NCBI RefSeq assembly: GCF_004010195.1
Contig: NC_057728.1
Span: 30,939,178-31,003,177, forward strand
Reading direction: 5' to 3'
DNA: 64,000 nucleotides
Source of the DNA: Chiloscyllium plagiosum
Taxonomy: Eukaryota
In this document: one piece after another, positions 25,254 through 37,783 of the stretch
How the letters are laid out: each line of letters opens with the position of its first letter
Numbering within the stretch: position 1 is the first letter of the stretch
The notes under the pieces: generated by a model
Seen by the model: only the letters and a program-made list of their open reading frames with translations
Told to the model about the DNA's origin: nothing
The model's database searches: none
Position numbers and translations under genes: made by a program

Positions 25254-25889
25254 AGGTTTTTCTGTGATATCAGAGATGTTATATTTCACATGTATTTCTT
25301 CTGTAACTAACAATCTTTCTTTTTTGTACACACTGTTATATGTCTTAAAAATGTCAGTTCTACAAAATTTTGTAGGAAAGGTAACTTTCCTACAGAAGAC
25401 ATAAGAAACTGTATAAATGGTTGAAATAATCAGAATCACAACAACCCAGATCCTTTATCAATCAGTTCTTGATAATGTGGCAGAACTTTTACCAAGCATT
25501 TCCAATCTGTGAAAAGCTAATGAAGTGGGGAAACCCCTCTCTTACAAAGGTAAAAATAATCTTTTAGTGCTACACATTTCAAACAGGCCTTATTTGTAGT
25601 AACAAAAGTAGTAAATCAGAGCACTAACAATATCTTGATTAGGTGTCATTTGTAGTCTTGCTGTATCTGCACTTGGTAGAGGTGGGGAGACCTATGTACT
25701 GACCAGATAATTCATTGATTGAAAGGCTTACAGTGAGCGTTTGGTCCAGGCTCAATAGCCTACTCCTTCTCCAAATTCTTATGTTTTTAAGTAGCAGTTA
25801 TTTCACTATTTGGGATATTTACTCAGTGTTAAAGGTCATTTTTCTTTCATGGGTACAACACACCGGCGTTTTAACTGAAACAAAGTTAA

Positions 25890-26982
25890 TTGAAACAATA
25901 TTTTTGAAGATCAGTAAATGGGTTGAAACAATTTTGTGATGACTGTTGTACTAGTGGTGGTTGATGGGTAATATTCATCCTGGAGTTCAGTTATTAGTGG
26001 GGTACCGCAAGGATCTGTTTTGGGTCCACTGTTGTTTGTCATTTTTATAAATGACCTGGATGAGGGCATAGAAGGATAGGTTAGTAAATTTGCGGATGAC
26101 ACTAAGATCAGTAGAGTTATGGATAGTGACAAAGGATGTTCGGGGTTACAGAGAGACATAGAAAAGCTGCAGAGCTGGGCTGAGAGGTGGCAAATGGAGT
26201 TTATTGCGAAAAAGTGTGAAGTGATTCACTTTGGAAGGAGTAACAGGCTTACAGAGTACTGGGCTAATGGTACGATTCTTGGTAATGTAGATGAACAGAG
26301 AGATCTCAGTCCAGATATATAGAGCCTTGAAAGTTTCCACCCAGATTGATAAGGTTGTTAAGAAGACATACGGTGTGTTAGCTTTTACTGGTAGAAAGAT
26401 TGAGTTTTGGAGCCATGAGATCATGCTGCAGCTGTACAAAACACTGGTGCGGCCATATTTGGAGTATTATGTACAGTTTTGGTCACTGCATTATAGGAAG
26501 GACGTGGAAGCTTTGGAATGGGCTCAGAGTAGATTCACTAGGATGTTGCCTGGTATGGAGGGAAGGTCATACGAGGAAAGGCTGAGGGACTTGAGGCTGT
26601 TTTCATTAGAAAGAAGAAGGTTGAGAGGTGACCTAAATGAGACGTATAAGATCATCAGAGGGTTAGATAGGGTGGACAGTTAGAGCCTTTTTCCTCAGAT
26701 GGCAATGGCTAGCATGAGGGGACATAACTTTAAATTGAGGGGTGATTGATATAGGACTGATGTCACAGGTTGTTTGTTTACTTAGAGAGTAGGAGGGGAG
26801 TAGAACACACTGCCTACAACAGTAGTAGATTCGCCAACTTTAAGAGCATTTAAATGATCATTGGATAGGCATATGGATGCGAATGGAATAGTGTAGGTTA
26901 GATGGGCTTTAGATTGGTTTCACAGGTCAGCTCAACATCGAGGGCCGTAGGGCCTGTACTGCATTGTAAGGTTCTATGTTCT
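25890..26982 (+). mobile_element. CR1 LINE 3' fragment in KLHL42 intron 1
   Basis: [46 protein letters not shown]; tail GTTCTATGTTCT. Confidence 0.92.
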
Positions 26983-26989
26983 GCCAGTT

Positions 26990-29920
26990 ATGAACATAAG
27001 ATATAGGAGCAGGAGTATTCAAATCATACCTTTGAGCCTGCTATAGAATTATAGTCATACAACACGGAAACAGACCCTTAGGTCCAACCATTCCATGCTG
27101 ACCATGTTCCCAAACTAAACTAGTCCCACCTGCCTGCACTTGGCCCATATTCCTCCAAACACTTCTTATTCATGTACTTATCTAAATGCCTTTTAAACAT
27201 TGTAACTGTGCTCACATGCACTGCTTCCTCGAGAAGTTCATTCCACATATGAACCAATCTTTGTGTAAAAGAAAATTGCACCTCATGTCTTATTTAAATC
27301 TTTTTCCTTTCACCTTAGAAATAGTCCCCCAGTCTTGAAATCCCCCACCTTAGCGAGAAGACACCTGCCATTCAACTTAGCTATAACCTTCATGGTTTTA
27401 TAAACCTCTATAGGGTCACCTCTCAACTTCCCACGCTGCAGTGAAAAACGTTCCAGCCTATACAGCCTCTCCTTGTAACTCAAATCCTCCAGTCCCAGCA
27501 ACTGGTAAATTTCTTCTGAAACCCTCTCTAACTTAATAATATCTTTCCTATAACCGGAGGACTAGAACTGGACACAGTACTCAAGAACAGGCTTCACCAA
27601 TGTCCTGTACAACCTTAACATAATGTCCTATAATAAAAGGTTTGAGAAATTAAGGCAAGCATGCTAAATACCTACTTAACCACCCCACCTACATGAGATG
27701 CAAACTTCAAAGAATTATGTACCTGAACACCTCAGTCTCTCTGTTCTACAACCCTTTGGATAAGTACATGAATAGGAAAGGTTTGGAGGGATATGGGCCA
27801 GGAACAGGCAGGTTGGACTAGCTTAGTTGGGATTATGTTCGGCAGGGACTAGTTGGACTGAAGAGTCTGTTTCCATGCTGTAAGACTCTAAGACTACCCA
27901 AGACCCTACTTTTAATTGAATAAGTCTTTCTTTTGTATGTTTTACCAAAGTGCAATACCTTGTATTTATCCAAATTAAACTCCATCTGGCTCTCCTCAGC
28001 TCATTGACCAAGATCAAGATCTGTTTGTACTCTTGGATAATCTTCTTCACTGTCCACTATATCACAATCTTGGTGTCATCCGCAAACCTAGTAACCATGC
28101 TTTCTATATTCTCACCTAAATCATTTATATAAATGACAAACAAAAATGAACCCAGCACCAATCCCTGTGGAAAACCTCTGGTCACAGTCCTCCAGTCAGA
28201 AAAACAACCATCCACCATCACACACTGTCTCCTGCTGTTGCCAATTTTTTATCTAATTTCAAAACTCATGCTGAATTCCATGTGATCTAACTTTAACAAA
28301 TTAGTCTACCATGCAGAACCTTGTCCAAGGCTTCACTAACATCCATGTAAACAATGTCTACCACTTTGCCCTCATCAATCTTCTTGATTGCTTCCTCAAA
28401 AAACTCAAATCAAATTTAAGACAGGATTTCCCTCACACAAAATGATGCTGACTGTCCTTAATCATTCCTTGCCTCCCAAATGCATATAAATACTAACTTT
28501 CAAAATCATTTATAGCAACTTACCCACCATTGAATTTCTACCACTCAATAAGATCATGGCTTCTCTGATTGCCAGTCCCCATCAACCTAAACTCTCTTTT
28601 CAATCAAAAATCTGACGAATTCAGCTCAAATATATTCAATGACTCAGCCTCCTCTGCTCTAGGGTAAGGGAATTCCAAAGACTAATGACAATCTGACAGA
28701 AGAACTTCAATCCTCAACTTTGTCTTAAATGAGAAACCCATTGCTTTTAAAACTGTGCCCCTGGTTCTAGATTCTCCCACAGGATAAACATTAGGCAGAA
28801 TTTAATGCTCTCTCCTGAAGTGTATTTGCACGTAGACCTGAGTTATTTGGGTTAGAAGCAGTGGGAATCTTGATGCCGTCTTGCCTCTTCCATGATTAAA
28901 TCCAGGAGAGGATGGTTCAGGGATGGTCTTCCCATCTCAATGCCAAGTAAGGTTTTTCAGTGGGCAATGAAAACCCATCATCTCATTTCATGTCGTCTGG
29001 TATTGAACCAAAGGAGGTTGGGATTCAACATGCAGGAAGCCAGAAAAGCAAGCTGTTTGTTTGTGACAGGAGTCCTTTGTTTTCACAAAGCATAATCATG
29101 AAGGACCTGAAATTCACCTGCCATTTCTGGTCACCCCAGCTGACCACCTGTCCCTCTGCCATAGCTAATGACCTCCTCACCATGATTCCATCCCACCCTC
29201 ATTCGATTCTGGGCCTCTGGGACTCAATTATGCCCATCGCCTGAGTGTCTGTATGTTTTAATAAAATCGTCTGTCATTCTGCTAAACTCTAGTTGGTATA
29301 GACAAACATGTTGGGTCTTTCTTCATAAGACAGCTTCTTCATCCCAGGAATTAGCCCAGTGAACATCCTCTGAATTACTTCTAATTAAAGCAAATCTCTT
29401 CTTAGGTAGGAGACTAAACTTGTACACAGTACACTAGTATGGTCTCACTAATGCCCTGTGGTGTTGTGGCAAGTCTTATCTACCTTTACACTCCATACCC
29501 TTTGCAATGAAGGTCACCATTCTATTTCCCAATTATTTTTTGGAACTGCATACTAATGTTTTTTGACATTCATGTACAAGTACATTCAGATCCCTCTGTA
29601 ATGCAATATTCTACCAACTCTCTCCAAATAAATAATATTCTAGCTTTCTAGTTTTTGCTGCCAAAGTGGACGAGCTTGCATTATCCCACACTCTACTCCA
29701 TCTGCCAAACTGTGTGCCCACTCACTTAACTTATCCTTATCCCTTTGCAGACCATGTGGTCTCCACACAATCTCCTACTAATGTTTGTCAGCAAATTTAC
29801 TACAGTTCATTCAGTGCCTCCATCCAAACCAACAACATAGATTGCAAATTGTTGAGGTCCCAGCACAGGTCCCTATGGTAGTCCATCAGTTACTGTTTGC
29901 CAACCTTAAATTGACCCATT
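26990..29920 (-). mobile_element. Nested CR1 stack: an old minus CR1 interrupted by a younger minus CR1 (27045-28530, itself holding a plus CR1 tail at 27755-27890) and by an unclassified insert (~28790-29240)
   Basis: CR1 3' ends at 26990 and 27045; RT motifs on the minus strand; the old element resumes colinearly at ~28537 and ~29245. Confidence 0.78.
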
Positions 29921-29924
29921 TAGA

Positions 29925-30960
29925 TCATCAGACCATAATTCGTAGGAGCAGAAATTAGGCCATTCAGCCCATCGAGTCTGTGCTGCCATTCAATCATGGC
30001 TAATAAGTTTCTCAATCCCATTCTCCCGCTTTCTCCCCATAACCCTTGATCCCCTTGATACTGGAGAACCTATCTATCTCAGTCTTAAATACACTCAATG
30101 ACCTAGCCTCCACAGCCTTCTGTCGCAATGAATTCCACAGATGCACCATTCTGTGGCTGAAGAAAGTTCTCCTTATCTCCATTCTAAAAGGTCTTCCTTA
30201 CTAACGGAAACAACTTACCAACATCTATTCTGTTCAGGCCATTCAGTATTCTGCATGTTTCAATTAGATCAAATCTTTCTAAACTCTCTCAAGTATAAAC
30301 TCAGAGTCCTCAAGCATTCCTCAAATGTGAAGTTTTTCATTCCTGAGACCATTCATGAACCAACCTCTGAACACACTCCAGGGCTAGTACATCCTTCCTG
30401 AGATATGGGGCCCAAAACTGCACAATACTCCAAATGTTGCCTGACCAAGAACCTTACAGAGCGTCAGAAGTACATTCCTGCTTTTATATTCGACTCCTCT
30501 CAAAATAAATGCCATCATTGCATTTGCCTTCCTAACCGCTGACTCAACCTGCAAGCTTACCATGAGAGAATCCTGGACTAGAACTCCCAAGTTTCTTTGC
30601 ACTTCAGAATTCTGAATTTTCTGCCCATTTAGAAAATAGTCCATGCCTCTATTCTTGCACCATAACCTCACATTTTCCCTTTCAAAATAATGCCATCATT
30701 GCATTTGCCTTCCTAACCGCTGACTCAACCTGCAAGCTTACCATGAGAGAATCCTGGACTAGAACTCCCAAGTTTCTTTGCACTTCAGAATTCTGAATTT
30801 TCTGCCCATTTAGAAAATAGTCCATGCCTCTATTCTTGCACCATAACCTCACATTTTCCTGTGTTGTACTCCATCTGTCACTTCTTTACCCACTTTCCTT
30901 ACCTGTCCAAATCCTTCTGCCATCTCCAGCCTCCTCAATGCTACCTGTCCCAACTCTCCT
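29925..30960 (-). mobile_element. CR1 LINE 3' fragment
   Basis: 3' end AGACCATAA..TAGGAGCAGAAATTAGGCCATTCAGCCC; ORF 30384-30671 YFLNG...QRNLGVLV..SL.V..QV..AVRKAN. Confidence 0.9.
30500..30860 (+). repeat. Tandem duplication of ~180 bp inside CR1
   Basis: 30500-30679 is repeated at 30682-30860, essentially identical apart from a 1-nt indel (AAAATAAATG vs AAAATAATG). Confidence 0.93.
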
Positions 30961-32459
30961 TTCCTTCTAGCCAATCCTTTATCCATACTCATATATTAAA
31001 CAGCTCTTTTTGGAATATAATTTATATTTCCATGAGCAATTCGTATGGAAGCCTTTAAAATGAAATACAAATATTTTACAGCAATGAATGACATTCATTG
31101 CACTCTATTTGTCAACTATGGTACTGATATTGTCCTAGAACTGCTGGTACTGGTTTGTTTATGTTCCTTTGTAACATGGAAAGGGAATATCTACAGTCTT
31201 GCGTGAAATAATTCTAAATATGTAGCTTATTAATCCAAATGTATGGATATAGTGCCCAAGTGCATTTGAGCTGCTATGCTGTTATCTGTGGGCTGAATCT
31301 GCTCAGCAATAACAGTCATGGTCACTCGTTCCAACTGCTTTAACTTCAGAGAAATCTCCACTTTTCTGGCAGGAATTTCCATACATGGCTCCTGCAGAAA
31401 TGTGGAGTGTATCTCTAATCCAGTTGAGACCTTGGTGTGAAGGAGAAAGCTAACTACACTCCCTTTTTCGTGATAGTTAGCAGTTGCTGTGTTCTGTGAC
31501 TTAAATGTCCAGCGGCACAGTCAGTCACTTTGACAGATGCTGTGTATTTAAGCTAAGTGTAAAGCTAGAGTGCTATGGTACCTGATCAGTAGGGTGTCTG
31601 GTGGATAGGGTAACAGCTAAGTGATTGAGTGTTGAGTGTAAATTGGGTTGGCAGGGCTGTAGAGTCTGGTGGGGAAATAGGAGTGTCATTTCCAACAAAG
31701 GGGGTGGGGTTGGAGGTGTGATGGCATTTGAGCACTGAGGGGTGGTGATTGGTCTAGTAACAGGGCAGTCAGATCCCAGTGGAGGGGGGTTTGTTGAGTC
31801 ACAGTGAGAGGAATGGTCTCGGGTCCTGGAGAGGAGGGGACACTGGGTCCCAGTGATGAAGAGGGCTTGTTTGGTATTTGTAGCAGGGTAAGAGTATCAG
31901 TGGAGAGATGTGTATTGGCTCTGGCAGGGTGCACAATGGAGGGGTCCTGCAGGGCTCTGAGGAAGGTAGAGTTCTCAGGTCAGGGCCTGGGGCTTGTAAG
32001 GACTGGAGGGGGAGTGTTTTGGAGATGTGTGCAGTAAGTTGTGGGTGAAATTTATAATTGCCCAGTAATTTTAAATTGTTTTTAATTGTCTAACTTTTCC
32101 TGGATAACTTACTTATTTACAGTGGAGCCCTCTGAATGCTCCAATTTAAATAGACACTTTTGCAGAGTTCTGGCACAGCAGAATTGCCCATCAGAATCTT
32201 CAGTTTCCTGGGCAGTTTGCTTGGAACCTGCAATGTCTGGGATTCCACAAGGTCCCAGTGCACAACTCCCAACGACACTGCAGAAATGACTACCTATGTA
32301 AATGTTAAAATGTGATATAAAATACCTCAGTATGTCAGAACTGGCAACAGCCAGTAGGGAATGCAGACTGGCAAATATTTATTCTTTTCTAAAGGTTCCT
32401 TTTCAGCAAGAGAGATACATGATTTTGCAAAGACTAAACTGTATTCTAAAAATACGAAT

Positions 32460-33015
32460 TTGAGCATAAGATTTAGCAGCAAAGGTAGGACATTTGGCCC
32501 CTCAAGTCTACCTAGCCATTTGATGAGATTATGACAGATCTGGTTGTATCCGTATCTCTACTTTCCTGTCCACACTACATCCTTTGAGTCCCTTGTCAAT
32601 CAAAAATCTCTCGAACTCTGCCTTGAAAATATTTAATGGCAGCCTCCACTGCCGTCCAGGGAAGAGATTTCCACAGATTAAAAATGCTTTAAGAGAGAAA
32701 GAAAATCTCCTCATCTATGCTTTTAATAGAGGAGACCCCTTATTTTTGAACTGTGTCCCCTAGTTCTGGTCTGTTCTACAAGGGGAAACACCCGTTCAGC
32801 ATCCATTCTGTCAAGTCCTGTCAGGATCTTATATATTCGAATAAAATTACTTTTCATTCATCTAAACTCCAATTAATATTTGTCCACCCTGTCCATTCTT
32901 CCTCATAAGATAATCTCTTTTTCCCAGAAATCTTTTCTGAGCATTCTTTGAATAGATTCTGCTGCAAGTTAATACTTTATTAAATAAGGAGACCAAAACT
33001 GTAAATAGTATTCTG
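32460..33015 (-). mobile_element. Old CR1 3' fragment
   Basis: CR1 3' UTR and C-terminal RRFSFS....WN.LP...LNIFKAE..RFL pattern. Confidence 0.8.
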
Positions 33016-33104
33016 TGATTTTGGAGGAGAAATTTTAATTGTATTAAGTGTCGATCTCCAGCAAGTTAACTGCAGTGATTAAAAAAGGTAACTCACAGCC
33101 ATCT

Positions 33105-35320
33105 TAGAACAAAGAAAATTGCAGCGCAGGAACAGGCCCTTTGGCCCTCCAAGCCTGAGCTGATCCAGATCCAGATCATCTATCTAAATCTGCCGTCTGT
33201 TTTCTAAGGGCCTGTATCCCTTCGCTCCCTGCCCATTCATGTATCTTAAATGACGCTATCGCTCCCCCCACTACCACCACCTCCGCTGGCAATACATTCC
33301 AGGCACCTACGATGCCTCTGTGTAAAGAGCTTTCCATGTATATTTCCCTTAAACTTTTCCCCTCTCACTTTGAACTCGTGACCCCTAGTAATTGAGTCCT
33401 CTGCTCTGGGGAAAAAGTTTCTTGCTATCCATCCTGTCTATACCTCTCATGATTTTGTAGGCCTCAATCAGGTCCCCCCTCACTCACCTTCTTTCCAATG
33501 AAAATAAGCCTAATCTACTCAACCTCTCCTCATAGCTAGCTCTCCTCTATACCAGTCAACATCCTGGTGAACTTCCTCTGCACCCTCTCCAAAGTGTCCA
33601 CATCCTTTTGGTAATTCAGTATTCCAAATGTGGCCGAACCAAAGTCATACAATTGTAACATGACCTGCCAACTCTTGCACTCAATACCCTGTCTGATGAA
33701 GAAAAGCATGCCGTATGCCTTCTTAACCATTCTACTGATCTGCGTTGCCACCTTCAGGAAATAATGGATCTGAACACCCAAATCTCTCTGTACATCAATT
33801 TTCCCCAGGACTTTTCCATTTACTGTATAGTTCACTCTGGAATTACATCTTCCAAAATGCATCACCTCGCATTTGTCTGGTTTGAACTTCATCTGTCATT
33901 TCTCTCCAATCTATCTATATTCTGCTGTATTCTCTGACAGTCCCTTTCACTATCTGCTACGCCACCAATCTTAGTGTCATCTGCAAATTTGCTAACGAGG
34001 CAACCTACATCTTCCTCCAAATCATTTATGTATATCACAAACAACAGTGGTCCTAGCACGAATCCCTGTTGGACACCACTGGTCACTGGCCTCCCTTTGG
34101 AGAAACTCCCTTCCACTACTACTGTTTGTCCCCTGTTGCCCAACCAGTTCTCTATCCATCTAGATAGAACACCCTGGACCCCATGCAACTTCACCTTCTT
34201 CATCAGTCTTACTAAAGTCCATGTGTGTGACATCACTTCCCTCATCAATCAACTTTGTCACCTCTTCAAAGGATTCTACTGGGTTTGTAAGACATGACCT
34301 TCCCTGCACAAAACCATGCTGCCTATCACTGATAGCCCATTTTCTTCCAAATGGGTATATATCCTATCCATTAGTATCTTCTCCAGTAGCTTCCCTATGA
34401 CTGAGGTCAGGCTCACAGGTCTGTAATTACCTGGATTATCCCTGCTCCCCTTCTTAAACAAGGGGACAACATTAGCAATTCTCCAGTTTTCTGGGACCTC
34501 CCCTGTTTTCAAGGATACTGCAAAGATATCTGTTGAAGCCCCAGCTATTTTCTCTCTCACTTCTGTCAGTAACCTGGAATAGATCCCATTCAGTGCTGGG
34601 GACTTGTCCATCTAATGCCTTTTAGAATACACAACATTTCCTCCTTCCTTATGCCAACTTGACCTAGAGTAAGGGCGGCACGGTGGCACAGTGGTTAGCA
34701 CTGCTGCCTCACAGCGCCAGAGACCCAGGTTCATTTCCTGCCTCAGGCGACTCTCTGTGTGGCGTTTGCACATTCTCCCCATGTCTGCGTGGGTTTCCTC
34801 TGGGTGCTCCGGTTTCCTCCCACAATCCAAAAATGTGCAGTTTAGGTGAATTGGCCATGCTAAATTGCCCGTAGTGTTAGGTGAAGGGGTAAATATAGGG
34901 GAGTGGGTCTGGGTGGGTTGCGCTTAGGCGGGTCGGTGTGGACTTGTTTCCACACTGCAAGTAATCTAATCTAATCAAAGATCTAGCCCTAACCTCAACA
35001 CCCACCATGTCCCTCTCCTTGGTGAATACCGATGCAAAGTACTCATTAAGGATCTCACCCATTTTCTCTGGCTCCATGCATATCTTTCCTCCTTTGTCCT
35101 TGTGTGTGCCAACCCTTTCCCTTGTTACCCTCTTGCTCCTTATAAATGAATAAAAGGCTTTGGGGTTTTCCTTAACCCTGCTCACTAAGGATACTTCATG
35201 ACCTCTTTTAACCCTCTTAATTCCTTGTTTCAGATTGGTCCTACATTCCCGATATTCTTCCAAAGCTTTGTTTGACTTCAGTCGCTTAGACCTTATGTAC
35301 ACATCCTTTTTCCTCTTCTG
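33105..35320 (-). mobile_element. CR1 LINE, 2.2 kb RT-containing fragment
   Basis: ORFs 33536-35371: KENPKAFY, DKSP..GIY.RLL, ANVVPLFKKG...[38 protein letters not shown]. Confidence 0.93.
34673..34976 (+). mobile_element. Young HE1-type V-SINE inserted in CR1
   Basis: GGGCGGCACGGTGGCACAGTGGTTAGCACTGCTGCCTCACAGCGCCAGAGACCCAGGTTC head; (TAATC)n tail. Confidence 0.93.
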
Positions 35321-35439
35321 AAGGATAACTAACGATGGGTAACTAATGCTGATCCAGCCAATGATATCCATATCTCATGAATTACTTTTAACAAATGACT
35401 GGAAAAGATTGTCACTTTCACGTGAGGATGGGATGGCTT

Positions 35440-36245
35440 TTCTTAATTGGTGCATCATATTGAGGTTGTGCAGAACTTTGGTAAAGCCAGTTTTGGAGTA
35501 CAATCTGTTCTGATATGACGCAATAGTTCCATTCCTGAGTTATATGAAAATCACATACTAGAAGCACCATTTAAACCATAATCACATTATAGCCAATACA
35601 GATAAGGAAAGTTTGCATTTTACAAATAATAGTCTAAATTCTTAATTCGCGTTATAGCCAATTCACATTGAAGAAACAGGCATTATTGCAGAACTGACTG
35701 TACTGTGTACAGTTCTGGTCACCCTGCTATAGAAAGGGTGACCAGAACATTGGCGAGGATTCAGAAAATATTTACCAGGCTGTTGTCGCGACTGGAGATT
35801 GTGAGTAATAAGAATAGGCTGCATAGATTGTGATTTATTTCACTAGAGCGTAGAAGTTTGAGGGGTGACCTTATAGAGGGTTTTAAAATCATGAGGTGCA
35901 AAGATAAGGTGAATAACAAAGTTTTTTTTTTCCCTGGGATGGTTGAGTTCAAAACTAGAGGGCATAATTTTAACGTGACAGGAGAAAGATTTAAGAGGGA
36001 CCTGAGGAGGCAACTTTTTCACACAGAGGGTGGCTCTTATGTGGAATGAGCTACCAAATGGAGTGGTTGATGCTGGTAAAATTGCAATATTTAAAAGACA
36101 TTTGGAGAGGTACATGAATAGGAAAGGTTTAGAGGGATGTGGGCCAAACAGAATCAAGTGGGACTAGTTTAGTTTGGGAAACTTGGTCGGCATGGATGAG
36201 TTGGACAAAAGGGTCTGTTTCCATGCTGTATGACGCTGACTCTAT
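35440..36245 (+). mobile_element. CR1 3' fragment carrying a MITE
   Basis: L.L.RTLVKPVLEY|CVQFWSP split by the insert; MRGDLIEGFKIM...KTRGH; CR1 tail. Confidence 0.88.
35501..35700. mobile_element. 200-bp Tc1/mariner (pogo/Tigger-like) MITE
   Basis: TA duplication at 35499-35500 and 35701-35702; imperfect TIRs CAATCTGTTCTGATAT / ATTGCAGAACTGACTG; removing it restores CR1 GAGTACTGTGTACAG (EYCVQ). Confidence 0.85.
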
Positions 36246-36631
36246 ATAGCTAGATATCTAAGCACAAGGAGGTTGTGTTGGGGTGTGCATGAAATTGACA
36301 TCCCTGTTGTTTCTTCATGGGGCCAAATTTAATTATATTTAAAAGGTGTTTATTCAGACATTAATTCTCTGCAAGTCATGAGCCTGGCTGAGTCTATGTC
36401 ATGTTTAGCTCTGCAACTGCATATACCCTCTCTTCACTTCTCACCCCCACCTTGTTTATTTTCACCTTCTGAAACATTCTCCTCACTCGTCTCCCTTTTG
36501 GACTTCCATTTGTTGTTCTAATTACTGGCTGTACCTATGCACCCAGAAACTTCTGTGCCACAGAACTCTGTTTCCATTTAAACAATAAACTGTTTTTATA
36601 TAACATTTTCTGTATTTTAGTTCTTATAATG

Positions 36632-36835
36632 TATCCAATCTATCCTTATAAATCAAATTCTCCAACCCCCAGCAACACCCTTGTAAATATTTTCTGGATC
36701 CTCGCCAATTTAATAATATCTTTCCTATAGCAGGGTGACCAAACCTGTACAAAGTACCGTCAGTTCTGCGATAATGTGCATTTCTCCAACGCGAATTGGT
36801 TTTAATGCATTTGAAGAATTTAGACCATTATTTGT
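36632..36835 (-). mobile_element. Second CR1+MITE junction fragment, inverted relative to 35620-35830
   Basis: CTATAGCAGGGTGACCAAACCTGTACAAAG-TA-CCGTCAGTTCTGCGATAATG...GAATTTAGACCATTATTTGT aligns to the reverse complement of 35623-35735. Confidence 0.85.
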
Positions 36836-37285
36836 TTAGCTTTACAATAGAAAGATGCAATGAGATAATCAGAACAGCAGCATGCATGGTAACTTTCAGG
36901 ATAGTTCTCTGTAACCTTTATCTGAATTAAGTCTTTCTTGACAGGATCCAACTGTCCTGTTTGCAGGCATTAAGTGTTGAATATGAAATGAGTTATGCCA
37001 ATCCCAAGCTGCCATTTCTTTGCCCAAAGTGCAAAATTGCCCAAATATCAGCACTAATTGTCACTCTTGCTGTGGTCTCTGTAGTTATGGAAAATGACGC
37101 ACTATTTCTGTAGGGATTCGGGATAAGGTACGGAGGAGAACCTTTTTATCTAACCATGTTGCACCTGAACTGGGAATCTTTGATGCGAGAGAGGGACGAC
37201 CAGAAATATATATTCCGTTACCAAGCAGGAAGGTACTTAATTTGAAGGATAAAGTATATTGTCATTTAATTGGCTGTAATTTATA

Positions 37286-37496
37286 AGAGGAGAAAGTGAG
37301 GACTGCAGATGCTGGAGATCAGAGTCAAGAGTGTGGTGCTAGACAAGCACAGCAGGTCAGGCAGCATCAAAGGATCAGGAGAATTGATGTTTCAAGCGTA
37401 AGCTCTTCATCAGGAATGAGGCTTCTGAGCCAAGGGGGTAGAGAGTTCCTTTATTGCTGCCTGACCTGCGGTTCTTTTCCAGCACCACACTCTCGA
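37286..37496. mobile_element. Palindromic Penelope-derived short element with a 12-bp flanking direct repeat
   Basis: CTGTAATTTATA at 37274-37285 and 37497-37508; inverted arms GAGTGTGGTGCT..GCAGGTCAGGCAGCA / TGCTGCCTGACCTGC..AGCACCACACTC. Confidence 0.8.
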
Positions 37497-37589
37497 CTGT
37501 AATTTATATGATCCTGTCAAAACTGAAAATGGTTTAGAAAAGTAAAGATTAGAATATTTCGTACTGATAACATACTTCTCTTTTTACAG

Positions 37590-37783
37590 ATCAAATTTTA
37601 AACTTGTAGCTGTCAGTGAGAAATTGTATGCAGTCGGTGGTCAGTCCCTTTGCAATGTTGAATGTTACAATCCAGAGATGGATTGGTGGAGTTTTGTAGC
37701 CTCAATGCCAGATCCTCTTGTGGAGTTCTCAGCCTGTGAGTGCAAAGGGATGATCTATGTAATGGGTGGATACACAACACGAG
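37590..37783 (+). CDS. KLHL42: KLHL42 exon 2 (kelch repeats); missed by the ORF track
   Basis: Acceptor CTTTTTACAG, donor G|GTGAGT; 194 nt, phase 2-1. Translates (R)SNFKLVAVSEKLYAVGGQSLCNVECYNPEMDWWSFVASMPDPLVEFSACECKGMIYVMGGYTTR. Confidence 0.95.

Noticed and set aside
31250-32290. G-rich region with short ORFs
   Set aside because: No recognisable protein motif or splice structure; probably an unclassified old repeat.
34673-34745. tRNA-like A/B boxes (also at 38940, 38572 and 49828)
   Set aside because: These are SINE or LINE heads continuing into SINE bodies, with no proper cloverleaf or terminator, so they are not tRNA genes.
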